IMG/VR virus record: IMGVR_UViG_3300032227_000922
Coordinates: 6,116-70,115 of that record
Source of the DNA: a virus
Lineage: Duplodnaviria > Caudoviricetes
Direction: 5' to 3' (one strand)
DNA length: 64,000 bases
Both the position numbers and the translations under genes were made by a program. Shown piece by piece: positions 17,496-26,357 of the stretch. The stretch's first letter is position 1; every line of letters starts with the position of its first letter. The notes below the pieces were generated by a model. That model was not told the origin of the DNA and did no database searches. It saw only the letters and a list, made by a program, of their open reading frames with translations.

Positions 17496-18377
17496 TTACC
17501 GCTTGCTGCGGTGCCACTGGGACATGCTCATGGTCGGGTCCCAGGAGGGGTTTTCCTTTTGGACAAAGCCGGGAACCGCTTTTTGTCCCAGCAACTGGGC
17601 CATGCTGTCGCGGTCAGCCGCGCTATGCTTGTTATACCGGGTGTGGGTCAGGTGGTAGAATCGATCCATGTCTTCCTTGGAAGGCGTGCCGGGCATCTGC
17701 TGCTTCATCTCGGGATGGGGGAGCGGAGCGTTGGCCGGGGCCTTGGGAATGGGAACGATGGGATTGAACTGCCCGCCCGAAGCCGGGGGCATACCACTGG
17801 GGTTGTTAATCACCGTGCCGCCAGGAAGCTGAAGTGGCTTGTTAGGTGCGTCAAAGTGGGGGAGCGGGGCGTTAGCCGGGGCCTTGGGGATGGGAACGAT
17901 GGGCTTAAACGGCTCCACTCCGGCAGAAGGGGGAGTGATCGAAATGCTAGGCTTGCCATACGTCGGGGCCTGTTCTACGGGCGGAGTAATTGAGATACTC
18001 GGCCTGTTGACCATCGCAGCTAGTCCCTTGGCTGGGTCGTACTGGAACTTCGGTCCGCCACCGAGGTGGATTGTGCTAGGCATATTCTCTTGGAAATTAG
18101 GCTGAGAGGTGGGGCTGACGCCCACGCTGTTAGACAGCATGCCCATGCTCAAGGCCATCCCGCCATTGGTGTACCGTCCCAGGGTTCCAGGAGAATAGGA
18201 GGAACCACCAATCGGGTTAGCCGCCACGGAACCGGGGGTAAACCCGGTTGCACCGGTAGGGTTGGCTACCGAGATCGAAGTTCCCGTGTAGGGGTTAACG
18301 CGGGGACGCTCCCAGCTGTGAAGTTGGGATTCCGGGTTGGGGTTGCTCTGGGTAGGGTTTGGGAGGTTTGCGGGCAT
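17496..18377 (-). CDS. Pro-rich putative internal virion protein
   Basis: Internal repeats PIVPIPKAPANAPLPH x2 and SISITPP x2; N-terminus shared with the 923-aa protein. Confidence 0.6.
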   Translation of the reverse strand: MPANLPNPTQSNPNPESQLHSWERPRVNPYTGTSISVANPTGATGFTPGSVAANPIGGSSYSPGTLGRYTNGGMALSMGMLSNSVGVSPTSQPNFQENMPSTIHLGGGPKFQYDPAKGLAAMVNRPSISITPPVEQAPTYGKPSISITPPSAGVEPFKPIVPIPKAPANAPLPHFDAPNKPLQLPGGTVINNPSGMPPASGGQFNPIVPIPKAPANAPLPHPEMKQQMPGTPSKEDMDRFYHLTHTRYNKHSAADRDSMAQLLGQKAVPGFVQKENPSWDPTMSMSQWHRSKR

Positions 18378-18378
18378 T

Positions 18379-19368
18379 TTAGTAACGGGCTGGTATGCGC
18401 ATCGCTGCGCCTACGGGGTTCATCTGAAGGGTGATTATCGGGGCTCCCATATCCTCTTTCAGCTCCGCATTGAGGAGCTGTAGGGCTTTCTGGAAGTAGG
18501 TGTCGGCTCGTTCGAGGTCGTTCTTGTCTTCATATTGAAGGGCCATGAGGGTCATCTTCAGGGCCCCTTCGTTGCCGGGAATCAAAGTAGTGTTGTCATC
18601 AGGTCCATCGACCAGCTCGACAAACCTGCGTTTGCAGAGGCAGTCGATCGTCCGAGTGAAGTCCGCAGCCACCAGCTTGTACCGCTTGTAGGAAGGGACA
18701 GTCTCCGTCGGCTCATAGGAAGCGATCATGGACTTTAGCCCCGCATCTTGGGGATGAACGGCGTATAGGCTCACAAAGCCCTCGGTGACGTCCTTGTCGA
18801 TCGAAGTGATCTTGGCGACCATCGCTTCGTCAAAAGTAACCCCCTCGGAGGTCAGCGTGATCTCGAAACTAGCGTTCCCGTTGGCGTCGTAGACGGGGTT
18901 CCCCATCGCGTCGATTGCGGAAAAGCGGATCTTTTTGCCGACGTCACCCACATCGCTTATCTCAAACCGGGGGTGGTAGTATTCCGTGGGATCGGCCCAG
19001 GTCAGGAACCCGTCTCCTGCATCAATGATCTTCTGCATCCCGGTACCGGCCACAATGTTTCCGCCACCGGAGGCCATGTACTCCTGCCACCGGGGATAGG
19101 TGAGCCGGGGGATGTTGTTGAAAGTCACCCCGAGCACCGCCTGGAACTGCCTGGGGAGCGTAATGGTGCTAGGGATAGCCTCAACCCACCAAGCCGTGGG
19201 ATCAGGAACACTAGAAAAGGTGACCGAAGTGAGAAGACCCTTCCACTTGCCGGAATTGTATATACGCTCCAGAGCGGAGTTGATCCTGTCCGTGACGATG
19301 CCCGTGTCCAGCGTGGGGCTGACGTATCGGTAAAGTTTTTGGCGTGCTTGGGAGAGAGTAAGGGGCAT
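18379..19368 (-). CDS. head-tail adaptor / tail tubular protein
   Basis: N-terminal helical LSQARQKL...RINSALERIY, central beta region and C-terminal helical bundle, the usual adaptor architecture; position. Confidence 0.6.
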   Translation of the reverse strand: MPLTLSQARQKLYRYVSPTLDTGIVTDRINSALERIYNSGKWKGLLTSVTFSSVPDPTAWWVEAIPSTITLPRQFQAVLGVTFNNIPRLTYPRWQEYMASGGGNIVAGTGMQKIIDAGDGFLTWADPTEYYHPRFEISDVGDVGKKIRFSAIDAMGNPVYDANGNASFEITLTSEGVTFDEAMVAKITSIDKDVTEGFVSLYAVHPQDAGLKSMIASYEPTETVPSYKRYKLVAADFTRTIDCLCKRRFVELVDGPDDNTTLIPGNEGALKMTLMALQYEDKNDLERADTYFQKALQLLNAELKEDMGAPIITLQMNPVGAAMRIPARY

Positions 19369-19473
19369 CTGGAAAAGGTTGAGGTTGAACGGAAATCACC
19401 AGCCCTTTACCAGAAGGCTATCGTGGGTGAATTTGCGCGGTAAGGTAGTTACTTGTCAAGAGGAAATTGCGGT

Positions 19474-19860
19474 TTATGGTACCGGGCCCCACTTGTCGAT
19501 CGGGCAGTTTGCGGTGTTCATACGCAGCTTGGCCTGGGTGGAGCAGCCGCATTTCAGGCATGCACCCGTGCCGCCGAACCCGTCTTTATCCCAGAACTCA
19601 CAGGCCCGGCAGAGGGCCAGCCGTTCCTCAAGCTGCTCTTCCGTGACGGTGCCAAACCCTGACCCCGCCCAGGTGCCAACCGACGAAACCAGGCTGGACA
19701 TTTTTTCAATAAGGGAGGGCCCTCCGATTCGCCGGAAGGTTTCCTGTAGGATTTGCTCATGGCTCCAGTCAACGGTCTCGGAAAATACCTGCTCGTAGAT
19801 GGCAGCTACCTCTTCCGCAGAGCGGCCGTTCAGTGGTTGGAATGTGTACTCACTTGTCAT
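19474..19860 (-). CDS. Cys-rich protein with DUF6171-like domain
   Basis: RLALCRACE...CLKCGC..QAKLR....CPIDKW. Confidence 0.7.
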   Translation of the reverse strand: MTSEYTFQPLNGRSAEEVAAIYEQVFSETVDWSHEQILQETFRRIGGPSLIEKMSSLVSSVGTWAGSGFGTVTEEQLEERLALCRACEFWDKDGFGGTGACLKCGCSTQAKLRMNTANCPIDKWGPVP

Positions 19861-20254
19861 CGAAGTAAAATTGCATTGAGAGGCTTAGAATACCTGTGGG
19901 GGGTCCGCAGGAAGAAGACTCGGCGGTCCAATTCACCCCGATCCGTTTCCCGTCGGTTATGCAGTTGACGATCGTGGGGGTGGAGAATCGGGTTCTGGAA
20001 CCAGATACTCCGGGGGAGCAATCCCGGTTGTTCTTAAAAGACACTCCCCCGATGGTTCCATAATCATCAATCGTTCCGCTCATAGCCTTTGCCATCGGCT
20101 TGCCCCAGCAGAAACAGCACTCCGGAAACGGGTCGCTCCAAAAGGTACCGGAAGCCGTGTTCACGCCCGAACGCATGTCGGCAAAAGACTTTAGTTGCGT
20201 GACGCAGGGGACGCACTTGACCGCTCCTCCGTTAGTGGCTCCTAAAAGTATCAT
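19850..20254 (-). CDS. Cys-containing hypothetical structural-module protein
   Basis: 134 aa, co-oriented, overlapping the next gene. Confidence 0.55.
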   Translation of the reverse strand: MILLGATNGGAVKCVPCVTQLKSFADMRSGVNTASGTFWSDPFPECCFCWGKPMAKAMSGTIDDYGTIGGVSFKNNRDCSPGVSGSRTRFSTPTIVNCITDGKRIGVNWTAESSSCGPPTGILSLSMQFYFDDK

Positions 20255-20258
20255 GAGG

Positions 20259-22298
20259 TTATTTCGGCGTGGTCCCCAATACCTTCATGGTCTTCATGAC
20301 TCCGTTGTCGCAGACTGTAACCGTCTGCCACGTGGCGTCTTCTCCGGGCACTGGAACGGAAACCTTCCCCGTGCTATCGGTGATCTCCAGCAACTTCGGG
20401 CCCAGGGTGCTGTACTCAGTCGCTCCCCTCTTTACGGTATACCCATTGACGTCGATGGTTGCGTCAAAGTCCATAGCGTCGCCAGAACCGCGCAAATGGA
20501 TGTACCCGTCCTCAACCCTAGTGAAAGCCAGCGAGCTATTTATCTGGAGGTAGCTTCCTCCTGGGCTTAGGTTCAGATCAATCGTACTACCTAATCCGCC
20601 TCCTTTAAGAGATAGCGAGGTCTTATTTGACTCTGTACTTAAATCAAAGCTATCGGTACCGCTTGAAAAGCCTTTTACCCGAGACTTTCCGTCCGAGAAA
20701 GTCTCCATATACAATTTTTGATCCCCCGATGACGCCCAGAAGTGAGCCGTAGTCGGATTAGAGTAAACGGTACAGACATTTTGTCCGGACCCGACGTAAT
20801 AGTGAGAACTATTAGCCCCTGTATTCACAGCCTGCTTCATCAACAGGTTGCCGCCCGAGGGACGTATTTCGATGAGGTTGGGCCCCATAGAAGAATAATC
20901 ACCGTTTGAATCAATGGCAGTAAACCCCCTTGCGTCCATCGAGGCTTTGTCCGACCCGCTGATAGCGGTAAACCCCTGTGCATTCATCGTTGCCGAGTCA
21001 CCGCCATCAGTGAACTGCAACCTATCAGAGTACAAGTCCAGGGACTTGGAACCCGTAGTGAGGTTCAAGTGGCCGGTTTCCAAGGTGGCAGAACCACCAG
21101 CACTATTTACAAATATCCCCTTGGCGTTGTGGGTCGTAGAGTCACCGTCCTTTGTGAACGTAAGCTCTGTGGGATACAGATCCAGCAGATACCCTTCCTT
21201 GTCCATGAGTCCCAGGTACCCCGGCTTCAGGGCACCCCAAGCCGTACCACCGTCACTCGCCAGAAATCCAGCTTCGTCCATCTTCGTATGAGGAGCGGAC
21301 GTATTCTTGGTAGACGCTTGAGCATCGACGGTACCAGATCCAACGAATAGGTCCAACGGCGACAGCCAGGATAGCTTTCCTCCTTGGGTACCTAGAATCA
21401 GCTTCGGAGACTTGGCAGATAGAAGGATCTCGTCACCGGTGTTGTAATGCAGGAAAAGCGCGGCGTCTTTGGAGTCCAGAGTGCAGTAACTTCCGGTGGC
21501 ATCGTAAATGAGAAGCTTGTAGGTCTCGTAAGTCGTACCACGGGCAAACCAGGAATCCGCTTTTGAGTGCAAGAATTTCTTCATGGCCTCCATCCGGTCC
21601 TGGTACCCAAGATCCCGCATCGTTTTAACGTACTCCTGCCTCTCGTAGTATTCTTCCGGGGTTTCCCCCTCTTTTTTGTTCCGGGACATGAACCCAATCA
21701 GGCTGGCCTGGGAATACGTATGGTGACCACCTGGGTACCGGGGAATATCGTCACCGCCGTGCGGGTACGGGTGCGACGCCCGTAACTCTAAAGATTTTTC
21801 ATGGACCGCATGGTTCCACTGCTCAACCGTTTTAGGCGGCTGCTTGCGCTCGGCCTCCATAGCATCAAGCCTGGGAGTATTGGACGCGGTGGGAAGAGTT
21901 TGTGCGGGGCTACCGACTTGTACCTGCAGTTGTGGGGTGGATACAACCTCGGTTGACACCGGCCCGCCAACGCTATTCGGATAGGATGTTTTGGACTCAG
22001 GAAGGGGTAGGCTTATATTTAGGTTTTTCCCCTCCGAGGAAGGGAACACGCCGTTTATTGAGAAATTGTTACGCAGGTAATCCGCGATCTCCGATCGAAG
22101 GTCATACTGCTGCATGGAGGGAGGAATCAGCGGCTGCAGCTGCAACGCCTCCGGTCGGAATGTGGGGAGGGGAGGAGCTACCGACGAGGGCTTGGGTATA
22201 CCTGCATCCTCGGACCTTTGAGCGGTCTGGGCTATGAGCCCTTGAGGTGCGGGGCGCGGGTCTGCGTTCGGGGGAAGATTTGTGGGTTCCTGGCTCAT
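20259..22298 (-). CDS. tail spike/needle-like protein
   Basis: Pro-rich N-terminus; C-terminal half of short Gly/Ser/Thr beta-strand repeats. Confidence 0.55.
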   Translation of the reverse strand: MSQEPTNLPPNADPRPAPQGLIAQTAQRSEDAGIPKPSSVAPPLPTFRPEALQLQPLIPPSMQQYDLRSEIADYLRNNFSINGVFPSSEGKNLNISLPLPESKTSYPNSVGGPVSTEVVSTPQLQVQVGSPAQTLPTASNTPRLDAMEAERKQPPKTVEQWNHAVHEKSLELRASHPYPHGGDDIPRYPGGHHTYSQASLIGFMSRNKKEGETPEEYYERQEYVKTMRDLGYQDRMEAMKKFLHSKADSWFARGTTYETYKLLIYDATGSYCTLDSKDAALFLHYNTGDEILLSAKSPKLILGTQGGKLSWLSPLDLFVGSGTVDAQASTKNTSAPHTKMDEAGFLASDGGTAWGALKPGYLGLMDKEGYLLDLYPTELTFTKDGDSTTHNAKGIFVNSAGGSATLETGHLNLTTGSKSLDLYSDRLQFTDGGDSATMNAQGFTAISGSDKASMDARGFTAIDSNGDYSSMGPNLIEIRPSGGNLLMKQAVNTGANSSHYYVGSGQNVCTVYSNPTTAHFWASSGDQKLYMETFSDGKSRVKGFSSGTDSFDLSTESNKTSLSLKGGGLGSTIDLNLSPGGSYLQINSSLAFTRVEDGYIHLRGSGDAMDFDATIDVNGYTVKRGATEYSTLGPKLLEITDSTGKVSVPVPGEDATWQTVTVCDNGVMKTMKVLGTTPK

Positions 22299-24553
22299 GC
22301 GGCTAAATTCTTACGAAGACGAACCTCCACGGTTTCGGTAATCCATACTCCGTATTTCCAATGCTCGGAGCTACGCCCCACCTCATACCATTCCCCGTAA
22401 GGTAGCGTCTCAGGCGAAGTGGCGGGGATTGTCACTGATACATTTGCGTACGCCTCGCTGATCACCGTGATCTCGCCTCGCAAGCAACGTGGAAGGCTGA
22501 TCGAAAGAAGGTTGGTCGAAGTCCCTGTGGAAGTAGAATTAGTGACGTACTCCGAAGTGCTGGTCGAGGTGCTGGAACTAGTGCCACTAGAGGTGCTGTC
22601 GTTCGTTCCTCGGGAGGTTCCGGAGCTGGTCCCATCAGACGTGCTCTCGCTAGTCCCTGTGGAAGTGCTTGAACTAGTACCACTAGAGGTGCTCGTGCTC
22701 GTTCCCTCGGAGGTGCTGGTGCTCGTTCCCTCGGAGGTGCTGGAGCTGGTACCCTCAGATGTGTTGCTGCTGGTGCCGCTGGTGGTGCTGGAGTTAGTTC
22801 CACTGGACGTACTGGAGCTGGTACCGTTGGAGGTGCTGGAGCTGGTGCCGCTGGTGGTGCTGGAGTTCGTTCCATTGGACGTACTCGAGCTGGTACCATT
22901 GGATGTGCTGGAACTGGTCCCGTTAGAGGTGCTGGAGTTCGTACCCTCGGACGTACCCGAGGTAGTCCCGCTGGAGGTGCTCTGGCTTACGGAGCTGTTA
23001 TTGCTAGACTCCGATCCAACAGAACTCTCGATCGTGTTCTTTACGGTTGAGCCTACCAGCACCGGAGCGTTTTCCTCAGAGGATACGCTCCCGCTGGAAC
23101 TTTTAGAGAAGTTGGAGCCGCTGGAGCTGGAACTAGTACCAGACTGGGTCGAACGGCTGGTACCGGAGCTGGTCGAACTGCTAGTACCGGAGCTGGTGGA
23201 CTCGTTGGTTCCAGACTGAGACGAAGTATTGGTACCGGAGCTGGTAGTGCTGGTGGTACCTGAACTGGTGGAGCTGAACGTACCAGACTGGGTCGAGCTG
23301 TTAGTACCGGAATTCGTAGAGGAAAACGTGCCAGACTGAGTCGATTCGCTGGTACCGGAACTTGTGGAGCTGCTAGTACCAGAACTAGTGGTGCTGCTTG
23401 TACCGGAGCTGGTGGAGCTGCTGGTGCCAGACTGAGTCGATTCGCTTGTACCGGAGCTGGTAGAGCTGGTGGTTGTCGAGGAAGTGCTATGTGAGGTACC
23501 CTCGCTAGTCGAGCTGAACGTACCGGACTGAGTCGATTCACTTGTCCCCGACTGATTACCGTTGGTGGTACTGGTCCCCTCGGTGATGTTGGTGCTCCTA
23601 CGAGTGGAGGAATACTCTACGACCGAATTGAACGGCTGCGGCGATAGAAGATGAGCCAGCTCGGGCTCCTCCGTCGGGGGGCCAAAGGAAAAAGTGCGGG
23701 TGTACCGGGCGCGGTGCGGGCCATCCGGGCATTCCTCGAAATGGGGGACGAAAGCCAGCTGCTCGGTTCCGACAATCTCGGCGGAGACGAGCACCGGAGG
23801 TAACCCGGAGACCTGTCGGGTACCATACCAAACCTGGGGCTCGGGGAGCGCGGGAAGAATACTGGTGAGACGGGTGCTCTGAAGGGTGTCTACAGGATCA
23901 ATGTCGGAAGAGCGGATCGACCCGTCCTCGGCCTGGACGACGCTGGGGCCGACGCCCGCCGGGACCGACTGCTTCTCCACCAAGACAGGGATGCCAAAGC
24001 GGGTATCAACCTGCCCCCCGAAAATCGTGGGGCCGGGAAGCGTGATGTAAACGCGGGTGACCTTAACGTAAATAGAATCGAGCTGATCCTCTCCGCTAGC
24101 CCGGTCCTCTTTGTACCGGTCGACTTCCTCGGTGTTGAGAACGACGTCGTTACCATTAGGAGCCTTTGGGAAAAGCGGATCAACTGATCCCCTGGGGAGT
24201 GCCTGATACTCGGACCGGGGGATAGCATAGGTCCGTATGTAGGTGGGAAAGTTCGGGTCACTACCGGCATACTTGATGGCGTAGTTGTACGTATCCTGAT
24301 CCGCTCGGTTTTTGGCGTAAACCCGGCGGACCCACATGTAGTTGGCCTCCTGGTCGAGGGGCGTCTGGTAGACCAGCTTCAGGCCCGGATAGCTGACCTG
24401 GTCAGGGTGCAGATCGCCATACTGAGCGGCAACGTAATTTGGTGCCCGGCTGTCAACATCCTGCACGACCATCAGGTCGTTGATGTTGGGCGTTGGATAA
24501 CTGACTACAGGTACCTCGGGGGAGAGCGTCCTGGGTGAAGGTTGTTTGGCCAT
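22295..24553 (-). CDS. tail/structural protein with two Ser/Thr octapeptide tracts
   Basis: 752 aa; globular ends flank about 36-40 TxxGTxxS units. Confidence 0.75.
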   Translation of the reverse strand: MAKQPSPRTLSPEVPVVSYPTPNINDLMVVQDVDSRAPNYVAAQYGDLHPDQVSYPGLKLVYQTPLDQEANYMWVRRVYAKNRADQDTYNYAIKYAGSDPNFPTYIRTYAIPRSEYQALPRGSVDPLFPKAPNGNDVVLNTEEVDRYKEDRASGEDQLDSIYVKVTRVYITLPGPTIFGGQVDTRFGIPVLVEKQSVPAGVGPSVVQAEDGSIRSSDIDPVDTLQSTRLTSILPALPEPQVWYGTRQVSGLPPVLVSAEIVGTEQLAFVPHFEECPDGPHRARYTRTFSFGPPTEEPELAHLLSPQPFNSVVEYSSTRRSTNITEGTSTTNGNQSGTSESTQSGTFSSTSEGTSHSTSSTTTSSTSSGTSESTQSGTSSSTSSGTSSTTSSGTSSSTSSGTSESTQSGTFSSTNSGTNSSTQSGTFSSTSSGTTSTTSSGTNTSSQSGTNESTSSGTSSSTSSGTSRSTQSGTSSSSSGSNFSKSSSGSVSSEENAPVLVGSTVKNTIESSVGSESSNNSSVSQSTSSGTTSGTSEGTNSSTSNGTSSSTSNGTSSSTSNGTNSSTTSGTSSSTSNGTSSSTSSGTNSSTTSGTSSNTSEGTSSSTSEGTSTSTSEGTSTSTSSGTSSSTSTGTSESTSDGTSSGTSRGTNDSTSSGTSSSTSTSTSEYVTNSTSTGTSTNLLSISLPRCLRGEITVISEAYANVSVTIPATSPETLPYGEWYEVGRSSEHWKYGVWITETVEVRLRKNLAA
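22510..23590 (-). repeat. 24-bp-period coding tandem repeat (TxxGTxxS), two blocks around a non-repeat spacer
   Basis: Units read directly, e.g. TSSGTSSS, TQSGTFSS, TSNGTSSS, TSEGTSTS. Confidence 0.95.
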
Positions 24554-24732
24554 TACTCGTCATCCTCCTTGTTGCGGCGACGCTTGCCATGACGCGTAGC
24601 GTGCCGGAGACTGAATTTGCCGCTGTACGGATCACGCTCATCTCCAGACAAACAAAGCTCGCAGAGACCGTTGTAAACAACAGGCTCCTCGTCGCATTGC
24701 CGACAAAGGTGATCGTCGTGATTGTAGTGCAT
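24553..24732 (-). CDS. 59-aa zinc-ribbon protein with basic tail; not in ORF track
   Basis: MHYNHDDHLCRQCDEEPVVYNGLCELC...RHGKRRRNKEDDE; its TAA overlaps the next ATG (TAATG). Confidence 0.65.
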   Translation of the reverse strand: MHYNHDDHLCRQCDEEPVVYNGLCELCLSGDERDPYSGKFSLRHATRHGKRRRNKEDDE

Positions 24733-24739
24733 GAAAGTG

Positions 24740-25183
24740 TTAAACAGTTATATCCAGACCGGTTACTTTTGCTAGATCATTTGTGCGGTTGAGCCAGCCT
24801 TTGAGGAACTTTTTGGACTTGGGCCGGGCAGCCGCCAAACGTCGGTAGAAATCAGCCTGTGCTTTCAGAAATCCGGCCGGGCTTCCCTTGCTCTCGATGA
24901 GCAGCTTGCTTGCCCTTCCCCATCCGCAGTTCACGCAGGCGTTGAATAAGATCCAGTCCATCGGCTCGGGTAGGTTCCCGCACCGGTACTTCTCGTAATA
25001 CTCGTCCCAGTAGATCTGGCTGGCCCTGGCGGCCGTCATGTTTTTGATGTCCTCCTTTGGGTGCGACCGCTTGTCGATTCCATAGCGAGTTTCTCCGCCT
25101 GGATCGTCGGGATCGTTCGTGTATTTCGTGCCTTCCCATTTGAAGAGCCAGGGGATGATCGGGTTAAGGAATCTCGGAGTCAT
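24740..25183 (-). CDS. endolysin, glycoside hydrolase family 108
   Basis: EGTKYTNDPDDPGGETRYGI catalytic motif; FNACVNCG. Confidence 0.9.
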   Translation of the reverse strand: MTPRFLNPIIPWLFKWEGTKYTNDPDDPGGETRYGIDKRSHPKEDIKNMTAARASQIYWDEYYEKYRCGNLPEPMDWILFNACVNCGWGRASKLLIESKGSPAGFLKAQADFYRRLAAARPKSKKFLKGWLNRTNDLAKVTGLDITV

Positions 25184-25499
25184 CGAAGTACTTGGGCTTG
25201 ATCACCTTTTCGGTGATCTCTTCCTTAATTTCTTCCACACGGGAGACCACGTCCTGAACCTGCTGGGTTCCCATTTTCCATTCGTAGATCAAGCGGCCGG
25301 TGACCATGAAGATCACAATGGCTCCAATGACATAAAACGAGTTGGTGGTTATTGAGACAAACCCAGCCAGGGCGGCCGGAGGAAGGGTGTAAAGGTGCGC
25401 GACCGCCCAACGCCAGGAGCCCTGGATCAGCAGGATGCCGACCAGGGAAAGTACGAGACGCTGCCAGGGAGGAGCGGATATGGGCGTCTTGAAGGCCAT
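25164..25499 (-). CDS. holin/antiholin candidate
   Basis: Start ATG 25499; 2-3 hydrophobic segments plus charged tail; adjacent to the endolysin. Confidence 0.6.
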   Translation of the reverse strand: MAFKTPISAPPWQRLVLSLVGILLIQGSWRWAVAHLYTLPPAALAGFVSITTNSFYVIGAIVIFMVTGRLIYEWKMGTQQVQDVVSRVEEIKEEITEKVIKPKYFDDSEIP

Positions 25500-25501
25500 T
25501 A

Positions 25502-25906
25502 CTACAGCATGAATTTCCAGCTTGTACGCACACCGATGTAGACGGCGACGGAGGCTACGACGAAGAGCGCGATCAAACGCCAACGCCAGATAATCTTGAG
25601 GCTTTGGTAATGCTTGGCCTGCCAGTAGGCAGCGTCGTTTTCGGCCTTGGTTGCGCGTATGGTGAGCGTTTCAACCTGACCGACGTAGGCGTCGAGCTGA
25701 ACTTGAGTTTCTTCAACCTTCCGCTCCAACTCCGCAACAACGGCTTTACCTTCGGGCCGGACGTACTGCTTCACCTCAGCCACCTTGGCCCGAGTACCCT
25801 GCACCGCTTTAACCAGGGCGATGGGAGAGGGGGGAGTGTAGGCGTGGGGCTTGGTTGCAGCGCAGCCGGATACCATGGCTGCAAGGAGGATGAGGAGGTA
25901 GTTCAT
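25502..25906 (-). CDS. unimolecular spanin candidate
   Basis: Lipobox (LLAAMVSG-C), coiled coil, C-terminal TM helix; lysis cassette. Confidence 0.65.
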   Translation of the reverse strand: MNYLLILLAAMVSGCAATKPHAYTPPSPIALVKAVQGTRAKVAEVKQYVRPEGKAVVAELERKVEETQVQLDAYVGQVETLTIRATKAENDAAYWQAKHYQSLKIIWRWRLIALFVVASVAVYIGVRTSWKFML

Positions 25907-26088
25907 TTTGAAAACAGTTTTTTGAACCCAGCGTAGATTGCAATGAGACCCGCGCACAGGGAGACCAGAAGGGTGAGGTTCTGGAGCCAGACGTGCGGGG
26001 AGTCAAAAAACGAGACCACGAGCGTGACCAGCGACACCACAGCGGATGTCGGCCCTACTTCTGAATGGTGTGTCGTGTGGTCGCTCAT
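25903..26088 (-). CDS. small 2-TM holin candidate
   Basis: Two hydrophobic segments, basic C-terminus (KKLFSK). Confidence 0.55.
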   Translation of the reverse strand: MSDHTTHHSEVGPTSAVVSLVTLVVSFFDSPHVWLQNLTLLVSLCAGLIAIYAGFKKLFSK

Positions 26089-26094
26089 AGTGCT

Positions 26095-26313
26095 TTACTT
26101 GATGGTTGCGCTGACGTGTCCGCCGACCTTGAGCTGCACACCCAGGTCGAACGCGATTACGTCATCGGCGGACTTACCAGCTGGTAGAGCAAGTAGGTTG
26201 CTATTCTTCACCAGATCCCAAAAAGCGGCGGCCTGCTCGGAGGTGAGCGAGGATCGGGCATGCACGGGAACCTCAATTGGACTCAGTGTGACTGCTGGGG
26301 TTTCTTCTGACAT
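26095..26313 (-). CDS. hypothetical protein
   Basis: 72 aa, co-oriented. Confidence 0.6.
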   Translation of the reverse strand: MSEETPAVTLSPIEVPVHARSSLTSEQAAAFWDLVKNSNLLALPAGKSADDVIAFDLGVQLKVGGHVSATIK

Positions 26314-26357
26314 GTTCGGTTTTGAGCGGTTTGGTCAGTTGCTCTCTTCTGTTTTAG

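Noticed and set aside
22419-23219. + strand ORF with hydrophobic LELVPLEV repeats
   Set aside because: It is the reverse complement of the Ser/Thr repeat, fully inside a gene on the operon strand.
22510-23590. CRISPR array or ice-nucleation protein
   Set aside because: Units are contiguous in-frame degenerate codon repeats with no spacers, and they lack the AGYGSTxT consensus.
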